In this document: positions 49,026 to 60,502 of the stretch, piece after piece
Layout: every line of letters begins with the position of its first letter
Numbering within the stretch: the first letter of the stretch is position 1
NCBI GenBank assembly: GCA_963748015.1
Contig: CAVVHE010000004.1
Coordinates: 2,016,001-2,080,000 of the forward strand
Reading direction: 5' to 3'
Origin: Terriglobia bacterium
Lineage (GTDB): Bacteria; Acidobacteriota; Polarisedimenticolia; Polarisedimenticolales; JAIQFR01
Length of the DNA: 64,000 nucleotides
Notes under the pieces: generated by a model
Seen by the model: only the letters and a program-made list of their open reading frames with translations
The model's database searches: none
Told to the model about the DNA's origin: nothing
Made by a program: the position numbers and the translations under genes

Positions 49026-49328
49026 TGTTTGGATACGGGTCGGGTAGGTCGCTGTCAAGAATATTTTCTCCAGCCTCGCTGCGCTCCGCGATCGGCCCTT
49101 CATTCGTCGAGAACGGCTGCCCGCAGCGGCTCCGAACCCCGGATAATTGAAATTCTTCGCAGATTGTCGTGGGAAAACCGCCCAGGAAACCGTCGCATCG
49201 CAGCTCGCCCCACCGCGATCAGAAGAATTAGAAGAAATGGTCGCACCGCCCGGCACCGGCTCAGGCGCGCGATGTCCTTCTCAAGCGGCGCGCGGCCCGC
49301 ACGACGAGCGCCGCCGGGATGGGAGGGC

Positions 49329-49889
49329 TCAGCGCTGCTCGAAGAACGCGAGCGAGTAGAGCACCGACACGCCGGCGTCGCTCCGGTCCGCGACGCCGTT
49401 CGATCCGTAGAGCCTGCCGGCGAACAGGAGGACCGACACCACCTGCTGCGGGTCGAGGTTCGGGACGACCTGGATCCGGACTCCCGCGCTCAGGGTCAGA
49501 TTCGACTCGTACAGGTCCACGCCGAAGAACTTGTCCGCGGCGAGGGTCCCGACCGGCGACCACTTGCGCTGCGGCCGGAAGCCCACGCCTCCGATCACGC
49601 CTAGCGCCCAGCCGTTCGACGTCCGTCCCGCGTCGCCCGCCTGCACCCAGGTCAGCCGCCCGCCGCCGAAGAGGTGGTACTTCTTGTGGAGCGAATCGCC
49701 GAACGTGAGGCCGACGCCGGCCTGCCAGAAATCGGAAGCGCCGCTCAGCAGCGCGCTGTACTCGTCCAGGGTGAAATCGCGATCCACGGAGGCGCTCGCG
49801 ACCGGAGCGGCCGCCGGCGCGGCCCAGGCCGCTCCGAACGACAGGCTCGAAAGGACCACCGCGAACGCAAGCGCCTTGTTGAAGCCCAT
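49329..49889 (-). CDS. Hypothetical exported protein, probable small outer-membrane beta-barrel
   Basis: GGAGG RBS, signal peptide, alternating amphipathic beta strands. Confidence 0.6.
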   Translation of the reverse strand: MGFNKALAFAVVLSSLSFGAAWAAPAAAPVASASVDRDFTLDEYSALLSGASDFWQAGVGLTFGDSLHKKYHLFGGGRLTWVQAGDAGRTSNGWALGVIGGVGFRPQRKWSPVGTLAADKFFGVDLYESNLTLSAGVRIQVVPNLDPQQVVSVLLFAGRLYGSNGVADRSDAGVSVLYSLAFFEQR

Positions 49890-50026
49890 GGTGCGACCTC
49901 CGGGCGGCGATTGTACTCTCGATGCGCCCCCGCGGCCTTCGCCGGCGGCCGCGGTCGCCCGTTCCCGTGCGATTTGCGGGGCTCGTGGGCGGGTCTTATA
50001 CTCGGCGCCTTGTTCATGAGGCTCCC

Positions 50027-51232
50027 ATGAAACTTCGAGATTTCTCCGGCTTGCGCCTTCTCCTCGTCATCGCGGCCTGCGGCCTGCTGCTCGGCGCGGC
50101 GCCGGGATCCACCCCTTCCGACATCCAGGCCCTGGTCAAGGACGGGAAGCTCGACGACGCGATCGCCAAGGGCCGGGAGGCGGTGAAGGCGAAGCCGTCC
50201 GATCCCGAGCTCAGGATGGCCCTCGCGCACGCGCTGGCGGCGAAGGGGCGCAGCATCCACCGGGTCGTCAGCGCGACGGTGGACGGCAAGGATCTCCTCG
50301 AGGGGAAGGTGGCGCTCCCCGCGATCGACCCCGAGCACCCGCCGAAGGCCGAGGTCCGTTACGACCCGGCTCTGTTCGAGGAAGCGGTCAAGAACGTGCG
50401 CGAGGCGGTGAAGCTCTCGCCGAAGCGCGCGGACCTGCGCTTCGAGGAATGCTACCTGCTCACCGACGCGGGGGACGTGGACGGCGCCCTGGAGGCCGTC
50501 AAGGGCGCGCTCGCCGCGCTACCGCACGCCGGACCGCTCGGGAGCGATCTCGCGGCGTTCGGCGTCGAGCGCGCGAAGCGCGGCGATCCCCGGGGAGGCG
50601 CGGTCCTCCTCCAGCCGGTGACGGCGGCGTTTCCGAACGACCCGGCGATCGCCGTGGACTACGGCTATATCCTCGGCCAGGCGGGCAGGAAGGCGGACGC
50701 GTTGAAGGAGCTCGAAAGGGCCTTCAAGCTCGCCCCGACCGACCCGCGCGTCCTGCGGCGCCGGACGACGGCGCTCATGCTCCTCCGCGAGTTCAAGCGG
50801 GCGCGGGCGAGCTGGCAGGCCGCCTTCGAGGCCACCCGCGCGGACGGGGAGCGGCTCGGCGCGGCCGCCGCGGCGATCGCGTTCGACACGAAAACGGCCA
50901 TCAGCGAGCTTCGCGAGCTGGGAGCGCCCGCCGCCTCGGCCGACGCCGCGCTGACGGAGCTCGCCTCGGAGCTCTTCACGGCGGCTTCCGCTCCGGCGGC
51001 GGCGAAGCAGAACGTGGCTGCGGCGAAGAAGCTCGCGGACGACAAGAAGGAGCTTCTGGCCCTCCCGATACTCCACCGCGCGCTCGCGGCGGACAAGGGG
51101 CTCAAGGAGGCCGCGGCTCTCATGGCCGGCATCGAGCGGACCTTCGGTTTCTCGACCGCCGCGGACGAGATCCTGCGCGACGCCGCGGCTCCTCCCGCCG
51201 CGCCGTCGAAGCCCGCGCCGAAACCGAAATAG
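50027..51232 (+). CDS. Exported tetratricopeptide-repeat protein
   Basis: Signal peptide; TPR-like AVKLSPKRADLR, YGYILGQAGRKADALKELERAFKLAP. Confidence 0.7.
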   Translation: MKLRDFSGLRLLLVIAACGLLLGAAPGSTPSDIQALVKDGKLDDAIAKGREAVKAKPSDPELRMALAHALAAKGRSIHRVVSATVDGKDLLEGKVALPAIDPEHPPKAEVRYDPALFEEAVKNVREAVKLSPKRADLRFEECYLLTDAGDVDGALEAVKGALAALPHAGPLGSDLAAFGVERAKRGDPRGGAVLLQPVTAAFPNDPAIAVDYGYILGQAGRKADALKELERAFKLAPTDPRVLRRRTTALMLLREFKRARASWQAAFEATRADGERLGAAAAAIAFDTKTAISELRELGAPAASADAALTELASELFTAASAPAAAKQNVAAAKKLADDKKELLALPILHRALAADKGLKEAAALMAGIERTFGFSTAADEILRDAAAPPAAPSKPAPKPK

Positions 51233-51238
51233 GAGCGC

Positions 51239-52549
51239 TCAGGCCTCGGGGGAGAGCCGGCGGTAGGTCCAGACCGCAACGAGCACGGCGGAGGCGAGTA
51301 GCAGCGCGCCGGTGGCCTGATGGGCGGTGGCGACCGCGAGGCGCAGACCCTGCGGCAGCGCGGCGCTCTCCTCCATCCCCACCACGGCGTAGGCGCCGAG
51401 GCCCAGCGCGACCTGCACCCCCGCGATCCCGGCGAGCGTCGCGCCGAGCCGCCCGAGCAGCCGGTCGTCCCGGTTGTTCCCCCACGCCCGCAGCCCCGCC
51501 GCGACCGCCACCGGGGCGACCACGGCCGCCATCGCGACGTGCACCATCAGGCCGTGAGCGAGGTGGCGCTGGATCGCCCCGAGCACGAGCTGAACGAGCA
51601 GGAGGCCTACCGCGGCCGGGGCGAGGAGCCGGTCGGTTCCCGCGTGCCGCGCGCGAGCGGGTCCCGCCGGGTCCTTGAACGCTGGCGACGTGAAGGCCGC
51701 GAGCGCGACCATCGTGGCGAAGAAGAGCTGGCCGAGCGCGCCGTGGATCACGGCCAGCGCGATGTTCGGCGAGGTGGCGGCGGGGTCCTGGCTCAGGGTG
51801 AGCGTCCCGGTAACCCGGAGGCCGCCCAGCACCCCCTGCGCGACGACCATCGCGACCGCCACGAGGGAGAGCCGACGCACCCAGCGCCGCGTCTCGACGC
51901 GATGGAGGTGGATCGCGAGGACGACCGTGGTCAGGCCGATGAGCGACCCGAAGAGGCGGTGGGCGTGCTCGTAGTAGATCCCGCCGGTCATCCGGGAGAG
52001 AGGGTAGAGGAACATGTTGTAGCCGAACGAATTCGGCCAGTCCACGACCGACAGTCCGGCCTTGGCGCTCGTCACCACCCCGCCGACGATCACGAGGAGG
52101 AAGGTCGCTCCCGCCGCGACGCGCGCGAACGCCGCGGTCCAGTCGGCGGGCGCCGCGTCCGGCCGGCGCGTGCGCGCGCCGATCGCCGCTCCCGCCGCTC
52201 CGAGGGCGGCCGTGAGGACGACCGACCCCGGCAGCCACAGCAGCGCCGACGGGACGACCTCGTTCGGCCGGTCTCCCCCGAGCAGGCTTCCCAGGACCAG
52301 GAGGTTGACGAGCCCCGCGAGCAGCCCGGCGTAAGCCCCGCCGCGCACCCCGCGTCCGGCGGCGCGCCCCGCGACGACACCGCCGCCGAGGAAGCAGAGC
52401 ACCACGAGAGCGAGCACCGCTCCGCTCGGGACCGACACGGCCGGCAGGCGGCAGACGTACCCCGCGCCCCACGCCGCGGCGCTCGTGCCGAATCCGATCG
52501 CCAGGATGTCCGCGGCCCCCCTCGGGGACGCGGCGCCGCCGCCATTCAT
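51239..52549 (-). CDS. ctaA: Heme A synthase (COX15/CtaA) with extra N-terminal TM region
   Basis: GGVVTSAKAGLSVVDWP, EHAHRLFG, QGVLGGLRV, HGALG, AHQATG. Confidence 0.85.
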   Translation of the reverse strand: MNGGGAASPRGAADILAIGFGTSAAAWGAGYVCRLPAVSVPSGAVLALVVLCFLGGGVVAGRAAGRGVRGGAYAGLLAGLVNLLVLGSLLGGDRPNEVVPSALLWLPGSVVLTAALGAAGAAIGARTRRPDAAPADWTAAFARVAAGATFLLVIVGGVVTSAKAGLSVVDWPNSFGYNMFLYPLSRMTGGIYYEHAHRLFGSLIGLTTVVLAIHLHRVETRRWVRRLSLVAVAMVVAQGVLGGLRVTGTLTLSQDPAATSPNIALAVIHGALGQLFFATMVALAAFTSPAFKDPAGPARARHAGTDRLLAPAAVGLLLVQLVLGAIQRHLAHGLMVHVAMAAVVAPVAVAAGLRAWGNNRDDRLLGRLGATLAGIAGVQVALGLGAYAVVGMEESAALPQGLRLAVATAHQATGALLLASAVLVAVWTYRRLSPEA

Positions 52550-52553
52550 CGCG

Positions 52554-53576
52554 CTAGCTCGCGACCCGCAGGGTCGCGGCGATCTTCACCAGCCTGTCGA
52601 TCTCGGTGGCGCTCGCCCCCGCGCAGAACACGTGCATCGCAAACTCCTTCCGCCCCGGGTAGGGAACGATCGCCTCCGCGTGCTCGACCCCGCCCGACGC
52701 CCAACGGTGCCACTCGGCGCCCGCCGTCCCGAGGAGGTCGGCCTTCTTCTTGGTCACGGTGACCTTGCTCCCGTCCTTCGCGGCGGCGTCCTCCTGGACG
52801 TGAAGGTACAAGGGCCGCTTGCCGACGTAGATGCCCAGGACGGGCACGCCGTCGCCGAGTTTCGGGAGGATCCGGAAGTAGTGCATCGAGAAGTCCGGCG
52901 CCTGCTGGTGGGTGTCCACGGTCCCTTCCGGCACCATGAGGACGACCTTGTCCGTGTCCTGCACGCCGCGGAAAGAGCGCTCGCCGGCGGAGGTGGCCAG
53001 CCGCTTCGGGCCGGGCGCCACGGTCTCCGCGACCCTGCGGGCGAGGGCGGTCGCTCCCGCGACGTCCTTGGCGGCGTCCGGATCCAGGAAGTAGCTCACC
53101 ATCTGGACGGTCCCGTCGGTGTGGAGGACGTACTCGCCGAGGGCCAGCCAGGCCTCCCGCTTCGGGTCGGGCGGACCCTTCGGCGAGATCAGCACGGCGG
53201 GCCGGCCCGACGGGAGCGCCTTGGGCTCGATCGCGTAGCGGTCGGCCCAGCGGGCCTTGACGGCGGGCTCGAGGGCGTCGGCGGTCGAGCGGGCGAACAC
53301 CTCGTACGCCAGGATCATCATGCGCTCGCCACCTGCGTCCACGACGACGCGCGTCTCCTCCTCGGTCAACGGATTGGCGGACGCGACGTTGGCCTGGCGC
53401 GCCTCGATGCGGGCCCCCACGGGAAGCCGAGCCTCGATGCGGCCGCCGAGGAGGGCGGTCGGTTTCTCCTCGAGCGCCAGCGTGCCCAGTTTGCCTGCCG
53501 CCGCGGGGCCGGCGGCCACGCCGCCGGCGAGCAAGGAGCACACCAGCAAGGTCCGGATGCGAACTCGCGTCCTCAT
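52554..53576 (-). CDS. Secreted hypothetical protein
   Basis: GGAGG RBS, signal peptide, 340-aa ORF with coding-like composition. Confidence 0.65.
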   Translation of the reverse strand: MRTRVRIRTLLVCSLLAGGVAAGPAAAGKLGTLALEEKPTALLGGRIEARLPVGARIEARQANVASANPLTEEETRVVVDAGGERMMILAYEVFARSTADALEPAVKARWADRYAIEPKALPSGRPAVLISPKGPPDPKREAWLALGEYVLHTDGTVQMVSYFLDPDAAKDVAGATALARRVAETVAPGPKRLATSAGERSFRGVQDTDKVVLMVPEGTVDTHQQAPDFSMHYFRILPKLGDGVPVLGIYVGKRPLYLHVQEDAAAKDGSKVTVTKKKADLLGTAGAEWHRWASGGVEHAEAIVPYPGRKEFAMHVFCAGASATEIDRLVKIAATLRVAS

Positions 53577-53680
53577 GAAAACCCTCCGTCATTGCGTTGA
53601 TACAACCCAGCATGCGTGACCTCGGGGCGGATTTCAAGTGCGGGAGCTCCCCGGGACCGCCGGGCCGCGAACGGGGTAAG

Positions 53681-54778
53681 ATGAGCGCCATGGGCGAGAA
53701 GGCGAGGATGCTGACGATGCGCTCGGGAGGTTGGGTGCTCCTCCTGGCGGCGGTTTTGACGCTGGGGGCCGCGGCCTGGCGAGTGCTCCCCGTCTTGCTT
53801 TCCCCCCGCTCGCGTGCGATCGGCGACGGGAAGGACGTCGCGAGCTACCGCTTCGACCTCGCGACCTGCCTCGTCGCCCCGGGCCGGATCGCGGCGTCGG
53901 GTCTGCCGAAGGACGGGCTGCCCGCGCTGACCCGCCCGCGTCTCGCGAGCGCTTCCGAGGCGGAATCGGCCCCGGCGGGGCACGGCAGGTACCTCGTCGG
54001 CGGCGACCGCGTCGTGGGCGTCGCGGTCGGCGGCGAGGCGCGCGCGTACCCCCTCCGCGTGCTGGCGTGGCACGAGGTGGTCAACGACGTCATCGGCGGC
54101 GTCCCGGTCGCCGTGACCTACAACCCGCTCTCGGAAGGGGTCGCCGTGCTCGACCGGCGCGTCGCGGGCGAGGTCCTCGATTTCGGCGTGAGCGGGCTGC
54201 TCTACAACTCGACGCTCCTGATGTACGACCGCCGCCCGGGCGGGGCCGGGGAGAGCCTCTGGAGCCAGCTCGAGGCCCGCGCCGTCACCGGGCCCGCGGC
54301 CTCCCTTCGAAGGACGCTCGCCGTTCTCCCCTGCTCCCTCACGCGCTGGTCGGACTGGCGCGGCGCCTTCCCTCACACCACCGTGATGACCCCCGACGAC
54401 GCGACGGCCGAGAAGTACCAGCGCGAGCCCTACGGAACCTACTTCAACTCCGACCGCTTCGTCGTCCCCGTGCACCCGCTCCCGCCCGCCGGCGGCCTCC
54501 CCCTCAAGGCCCGCATCCTCGCCGTGCCCTCCGCCGCCGGAGGCTGGCAGGTCATCCCCCTCGACACCGACCGTCCCCCCGCGCCCCCCGTCGTCACGGT
54601 TCGCGCCGGCTCCGCCGAGCTCCGCATCGACTACACCGTCCGCCCCGCCTCCGTCCGCCTCGTGAGCCCCACCACCGAACCCGTCCCCGTCTTCTACGCC
54701 TTCTGGTTCGCCTGGTACGCCACCCACGTCGGGTCGGACATTACTGGCGTAACCGTCCTCGGCGACCAGCCGCGGTAA
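53681..54778 (+). CDS. DUF3179-domain protein (Cys-less variant)
   Basis: KDGLPAL, ARAYP...WHEVVND, FGVSGLLYNS, ESLWSQL, FWFAW. Confidence 0.85.
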   Translation: MSAMGEKARMLTMRSGGWVLLLAAVLTLGAAAWRVLPVLLSPRSRAIGDGKDVASYRFDLATCLVAPGRIAASGLPKDGLPALTRPRLASASEAESAPAGHGRYLVGGDRVVGVAVGGEARAYPLRVLAWHEVVNDVIGGVPVAVTYNPLSEGVAVLDRRVAGEVLDFGVSGLLYNSTLLMYDRRPGGAGESLWSQLEARAVTGPAASLRRTLAVLPCSLTRWSDWRGAFPHTTVMTPDDATAEKYQREPYGTYFNSDRFVVPVHPLPPAGGLPLKARILAVPSAAGGWQVIPLDTDRPPAPPVVTVRAGSAELRIDYTVRPASVRLVSPTTEPVPVFYAFWFAWYATHVGSDITGVTVLGDQPR

Positions 54779-54939
54779 GTTACTGAATGACGCATGGTTG
54801 CGTCCATTCGGCCAAGAGCGGCCGGGGGCCAGGGTCGTCAGGGCAAATGTGTAGGTACTCGAGGAGAACTCAAGCTCGCAAGCTCTTCGGAGACAGGGGG
54901 TTAGAGCCCATGTGCCCGAAAACTGTCACGCCGGCAATG
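54739..54939. mobile_element. MITE-like element with imperfect 28-bp terminal inverted repeats
   Basis: CATTACTGGCGTAACCGTCCTCGGCGAC versus the reverse complement of the right end CATTGCCGGCGTGACAGTTTTCGGGCAC (20/28 matches); interior less GC-rich than the flanks. Confidence 0.55.
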
Positions 54940-54950
54940 GGTGACCCCAG

Positions 54951-55307
54951 CTACGGCTTTATCCCCGGGGCGTAGTTCGGGATCAGGTCGGGCTGGTAGG
55001 TCGTCGTGTCGAGCAGGGCGAGGCCGACGAAGAGCACCAGGAAGAGGAGCGCCACGACGAACACGATGGCGTTCACCGGCGCGTCGTACCTGAGGTGCAT
55101 GAAGTAGAGCAGGACCAGCGTGGCCTTCGCGGTCGCGATCCCGAGGGCGAGCCAGAGGTTCATGCTGCCGAGGTCGAGCCACGTCGCCGCGACCGTCGCC
55201 CAGGTGAGGACGAGGAGCGTCGCGAGAACCAGCAGGAGGGTGCGGATCGGCACCGCGTGAGCCGTCTCGCCGTGATCGGTCTCCGCTGCCGCGGTCGTGT
55301 GCGCCAT
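54951..55307 (-). CDS. ctaF: Cytochrome c oxidase subunit IV
   Basis: LLVLTWATV, ALGIATAKATLVLLYFMHLRYD. Confidence 0.88.
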   Translation of the reverse strand: MAHTTAAAETDHGETAHAVPIRTLLLVLATLLVLTWATVAATWLDLGSMNLWLALGIATAKATLVLLYFMHLRYDAPVNAIVFVVALLFLVLFVGLALLDTTTYQPDLIPNYAPGIKP

Positions 55308-55323
55308 GGGTCCTCGCCTCCGG

Positions 55324-56073
55324 TCAGTGGATCAGGTACAGGAGCGGGAACAGGTAGATCCAGATCAGGTCCACCACGTGCCAGTAGAGGCCGACCAGAT
55401 CCACCGGGGTGTAGTACTCGGATCCGAACGCGCCGCGGCTCGCGCGGAACAGGAGCCACGAGATCGCGCCCATGCCCCCGATCACGTGAATCCCGTGCAG
55501 CCCCGTCATGAGGAAGTAGATGCCGAAGAAGAGCTGCACGTTCTTCGGCGAGCCGGTCGTCCCAGGGATCGGCCCTCCGCCGGGCTCCCCTTCGGGCAGC
55601 GGGTGGTGGGCGTCGGGGTGTCCGCCCGCGTGCTCGACGCCGACGGGCCGGTAGCTCTTGCCCCACAGCAGTCCGTGCTTCCACTTGTGCTCGTACTCGA
55701 CCGCCTTGATCCCCAGGAACCCGAAGCCCCCAAGGAGCGTCAGGGCCAGCAGGACCTTGAGCCCCTTCTGCTTCCCCAGCTGCGCGCAGCGGACCGCCCA
55801 CGCCATCGTGAGCGAGCTGCAGAGCAGGACCACCGTGTTGATCCCGCCCAGCTTCACGTCGAGGAAGCGGTGCGCGTAGATGAAGACCTCGGGGTGGCTC
55901 GCGCGGTACACGGCGTACGCGCAGAACAGCCCGCCGAACAGCAGGATCTCGGTCGCCAGGAAGATCCACATCCCCAGCTTCGCCGAGGCGAACTGCTGCC
56001 CCGGCGTATCGAAGTGATGCGCCAGGTGCTTGTTCCCGGAGTGCGCGTGTCCCTCGCCCGCGGCGACGCCCAT
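55324..56073 (-). CDS. ctaE: Cytochrome c oxidase subunit III
   Basis: GMWIFLATEILLFGGLF, NTVVLLCSS, TGLHGIHV, GLYWHVVDLIW. Confidence 0.93.
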   Translation of the reverse strand: MGVAAGEGHAHSGNKHLAHHFDTPGQQFASAKLGMWIFLATEILLFGGLFCAYAVYRASHPEVFIYAHRFLDVKLGGINTVVLLCSSLTMAWAVRCAQLGKQKGLKVLLALTLLGGFGFLGIKAVEYEHKWKHGLLWGKSYRPVGVEHAGGHPDAHHPLPEGEPGGGPIPGTTGSPKNVQLFFGIYFLMTGLHGIHVIGGMGAISWLLFRASRGAFGSEYYTPVDLVGLYWHVVDLIWIYLFPLLYLIH

Positions 56074-56091
56074 CTCGAATTCTCCCTAGGG

Positions 56092-57782
<1,691 letters not shown>

Positions 57783-57793
57783 GGACCTCTCCC

Positions 57794-58803
57794 TCACTTC
57801 TCGAGCGTCTTCAGGTACTCGATGATGGCGGTGATCTCGCTGTCCTTCAGCCGTCCCTGGTAGGTCGGCATCACCGGCTGGAACCCCGCCACGACCTTGG
57901 CCGCGGGATCGAGGATGGACTCGCGGAGGTAGTTCTCGTCCGCGATCACGCGCTTGCCCCCGTCGAGCGGCACGTCGTGCCCGAACAGCCCCTTGAACGT
58001 CGGCCCGGTGCCGGGACGCCCGTCGACGGTGTGACACTGCGCGCAGCCGCGCGGAGGAGTAGAGCTTCGCCCCGGCCTCCGCGGGAGAGAGCTTCGTCGA
58101 GGAAGTTCGCCGCGCCGTCGAGCCACTTCTCGAACTCGCCGGGCGGGTGCACGACCACGGTCGTGTGCATGTCGGAGTGGCTGGTCCCGCAGTACTCGGC
58201 GCAGAACAGGTCGTACTCGCCGGGCGTCGTCGCCTGGAACCACGCCTTCGTGTACCGGCCGGGGACCGCGTCCTTCTTCACGCGAAAGGCGGGAACGAAG
58301 AAGCTGTGGATGACGTCCTCGGAGGTGAGGACGATGCGGATCGGCGTGTCCACCGGCACGTGGAGCCGGTCGTCCACGTAACCGTTCGGATAGGTGAACG
58401 TCCACTTCCACTTCTGCCCGTTGACGAGGATCTCGTAGGCGTTGGCCGGAGGGGTGGCCAGGTCGAGGAACCCCTTGAACCCCTGCCAGAAGATCACGAT
58501 CACCAGCGCGAGCGGGATGATCGTCCAGGTCAGCTCGAGCGGCGTGTTGTGGCTCGGCGAGTCGCCCGCCTCGCGCCCCACCCGTCGCCGGTAGCGAATG
58601 ACGAACACGACCAGGAGGGCGACGATCAGCAGGAAGAAGAACAGCGAGATCCCGTAGATCAGCGCGAAGACGCGATCGACGCCCTCGGCGGACGTCGACG
58701 CGCCTCGCGGAAGCCAGAACGAGGGGTCGTTCGGCCCCGCCGCCCCCAGCCCGATGCGATCCAGAACGCCGTTGAGTAGACCCAAGGTGCGGACTCTCGT
58801 CAC
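57794..58803 (-). CDS. ctaC: Cytochrome c oxidase subunit II with fused cytochrome c (caa3), frameshifts near 58050-58090
   Basis: [27 protein letters not shown] (CuA), CAQCH heme motif, YLRESILDP...MP. Confidence 0.9.
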
Positions 58804-59657
58804 GAGGTCGGTCTCCGCCTCTTCTCGCGGACCCAAAGGAACGACAGCGCGACGGCCAGGATCGCCGCGGTCAGCGCGCCGCCCACCTGCATCAGCCTCA
58901 TCGCGACGGGCGCGTAGCGCCCGGCGGATGCGTCATAGTGGAAACAGAAGAGGACGAACTGGTCCATCGGGGTGCCGATCCCGCCGCGCGAGGCCTCGAC
59001 GAGCGAGAGGCGCAGCGTCTTCGGCTCGAACTCGACGCCGGCGAGCGTCCGCGAGACCTTTCCGTCCGGGGTGATCACGAAGATCGCCGCCGGGTGCGCG
59101 TACTGCTTGTCCTCCTCGACGTACCGGTAGCCGAAGCCGACCGCGGCGGCGAGCGGCTTGATCGCCTCCTCGCGGCCGGTCAGGAAACGCCACCCGTCCC
59201 CCACCCCCGGCTTTCCGAGATCCTCGAGGTAGTTCTGCTTCTTCTCGCGCGCGAGCGCCGGGGTCTCGGTGGGGTCGATGCTCACCGTGACGATCTCGAA
59301 GTCGCGCCCGGGTTCGAGCTTCAGATTCTTGAGCGAATCCACCAGCCCGTTCAGGATGAGGGTGCACAGCATCGGGCAGCGGTAGTAGTTGAGGGTGAGG
59401 ATCACCGGCCGGGCCGGCCGGAAGAAGTCGCGAAGCCGGACCGGCTTGCCGTCCTCGTCGGTGAACGCGAGATCGAGCGGCACCTGGTTGTCGAGGCGGT
59501 CCGTGAGGCCGACGCCGTCGAGCCCCTTCGGCCCTGCCTCGACGCGCTCGGCACGAGGCGGCTCGGTTCGTTCGGCCGCCGCCGGCGCCGACACCGCTGC
59601 GAAGACGAGTCCGAGGACCATCGCCGCCACGATCCGACTGCTGTTCCGCCGCTTCAT
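58800..59657 (-). CDS. SCO/SenC copper chaperone
   Basis: YYRCPMLC (CxxxC), VSIDP, WRFLTG, QYAHPA; C-terminal TM. Confidence 0.92.
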   Translation of the reverse strand: MKRRNSSRIVAAMVLGLVFAAVSAPAAAERTEPPRAERVEAGPKGLDGVGLTDRLDNQVPLDLAFTDEDGKPVRLRDFFRPARPVILTLNYYRCPMLCTLILNGLVDSLKNLKLEPGRDFEIVTVSIDPTETPALAREKKQNYLEDLGKPGVGDGWRFLTGREEAIKPLAAAVGFGYRYVEEDKQYAHPAAIFVITPDGKVSRTLAGVEFEPKTLRLSLVEASRGGIGTPMDQFVLFCFHYDASAGRYAPVAMRLMQVGGALTAAILAVALSFLWVREKRRRPTS

Positions 59658-59743
59658 CCCGTTCCAACCCCTAAATAGGACCAACGCGGTCCGTAATATA
59701 CAACACGGACGCGAACTCGAAAAGAGGGGGGCGGCGCGGCGAA

Positions 59744-60460
59744 TCAGGGGATCGCGCCCTCCGGAACGGCCCAGCGGTACAGCTCGACCGCGAGGCGCCC
59801 GGCCTTGATCGCGGGATCCTCCGCGCAGAGGGCCTTGAGGCGCTCGGGATCGTCGGTGCGGAAGACGAAGATCCCGCGGAGGACGCCGTCCTCCCCCATC
59901 GGCCCGGCGATGGCGAGGTCTCCGGAGTCCGCCATCTTGTTGATGTTCGCCATGTGCCCCTTCTGGATCTCCTCGAGCTTCTCCTTGGGGTACTGCGGCG
60001 CGCTCGGCGGGCGATTGAGGAGCCCGATCCAGCGGGCGGTGAGGCGGGTGACGTCGGTGGTCTTCTTCAGGATGCCGTCCGCCGCCCACCACGGGTGGAC
60101 CTCGGGCACGTCGCGCCCGGCCTTCACCCACGGATCGTCCTTGACGACCGTCTCGGCCTCCGCCTTCGTCGGCACGTCGAGCACCATCGCGGCGCGGAGG
60201 TCCCCGCCCCTCTCGATCGGCCCCGACACGAGCACCGTCCCCACCGCGTGCAGCTTCTTCAACCAGGCGAGATACGCTTCCTGCGTCGCCTGGACCACCC
60301 GCTCGTCCATGAACTTCGGGCTGCCGGCCTGCCGGATCAGGACGAGCTGGTAGGTCTTCATGGTGTACTTGGGAGGCGCCTTGTCCTCCGCCCGGGCGCC
60401 CGCGATCGCCGACGCCGCGAGGACGAGGAGAAGGGGCAACGGGGCGCGCCGCGTTCTCAT
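59744..60460 (-). CDS. Exported tandem YciI-domain protein
   Basis: Signal peptide; two repeats SGP...DDPWVKAG and AGP...EDPAIKAG. Confidence 0.8.
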   Translation of the reverse strand: MRTRRAPLPLLLVLAASAIAGARAEDKAPPKYTMKTYQLVLIRQAGSPKFMDERVVQATQEAYLAWLKKLHAVGTVLVSGPIERGGDLRAAMVLDVPTKAEAETVVKDDPWVKAGRDVPEVHPWWAADGILKKTTDVTRLTARWIGLLNRPPSAPQYPKEKLEEIQKGHMANINKMADSGDLAIAGPMGEDGVLRGIFVFRTDDPERLKALCAEDPAIKAGRLAVELYRWAVPEGAIP

Positions 60461-60502
60461 CGTGAATCCCCCGTTCCCCCGCGGCGTCCGCGGGAAGGAC
60501 CG

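Noticed and set aside
53681..54778. Selenocysteine recoding in DUF3179
   Set aside because: There is no in-frame TGA; the motif position encodes Asn and Ser.
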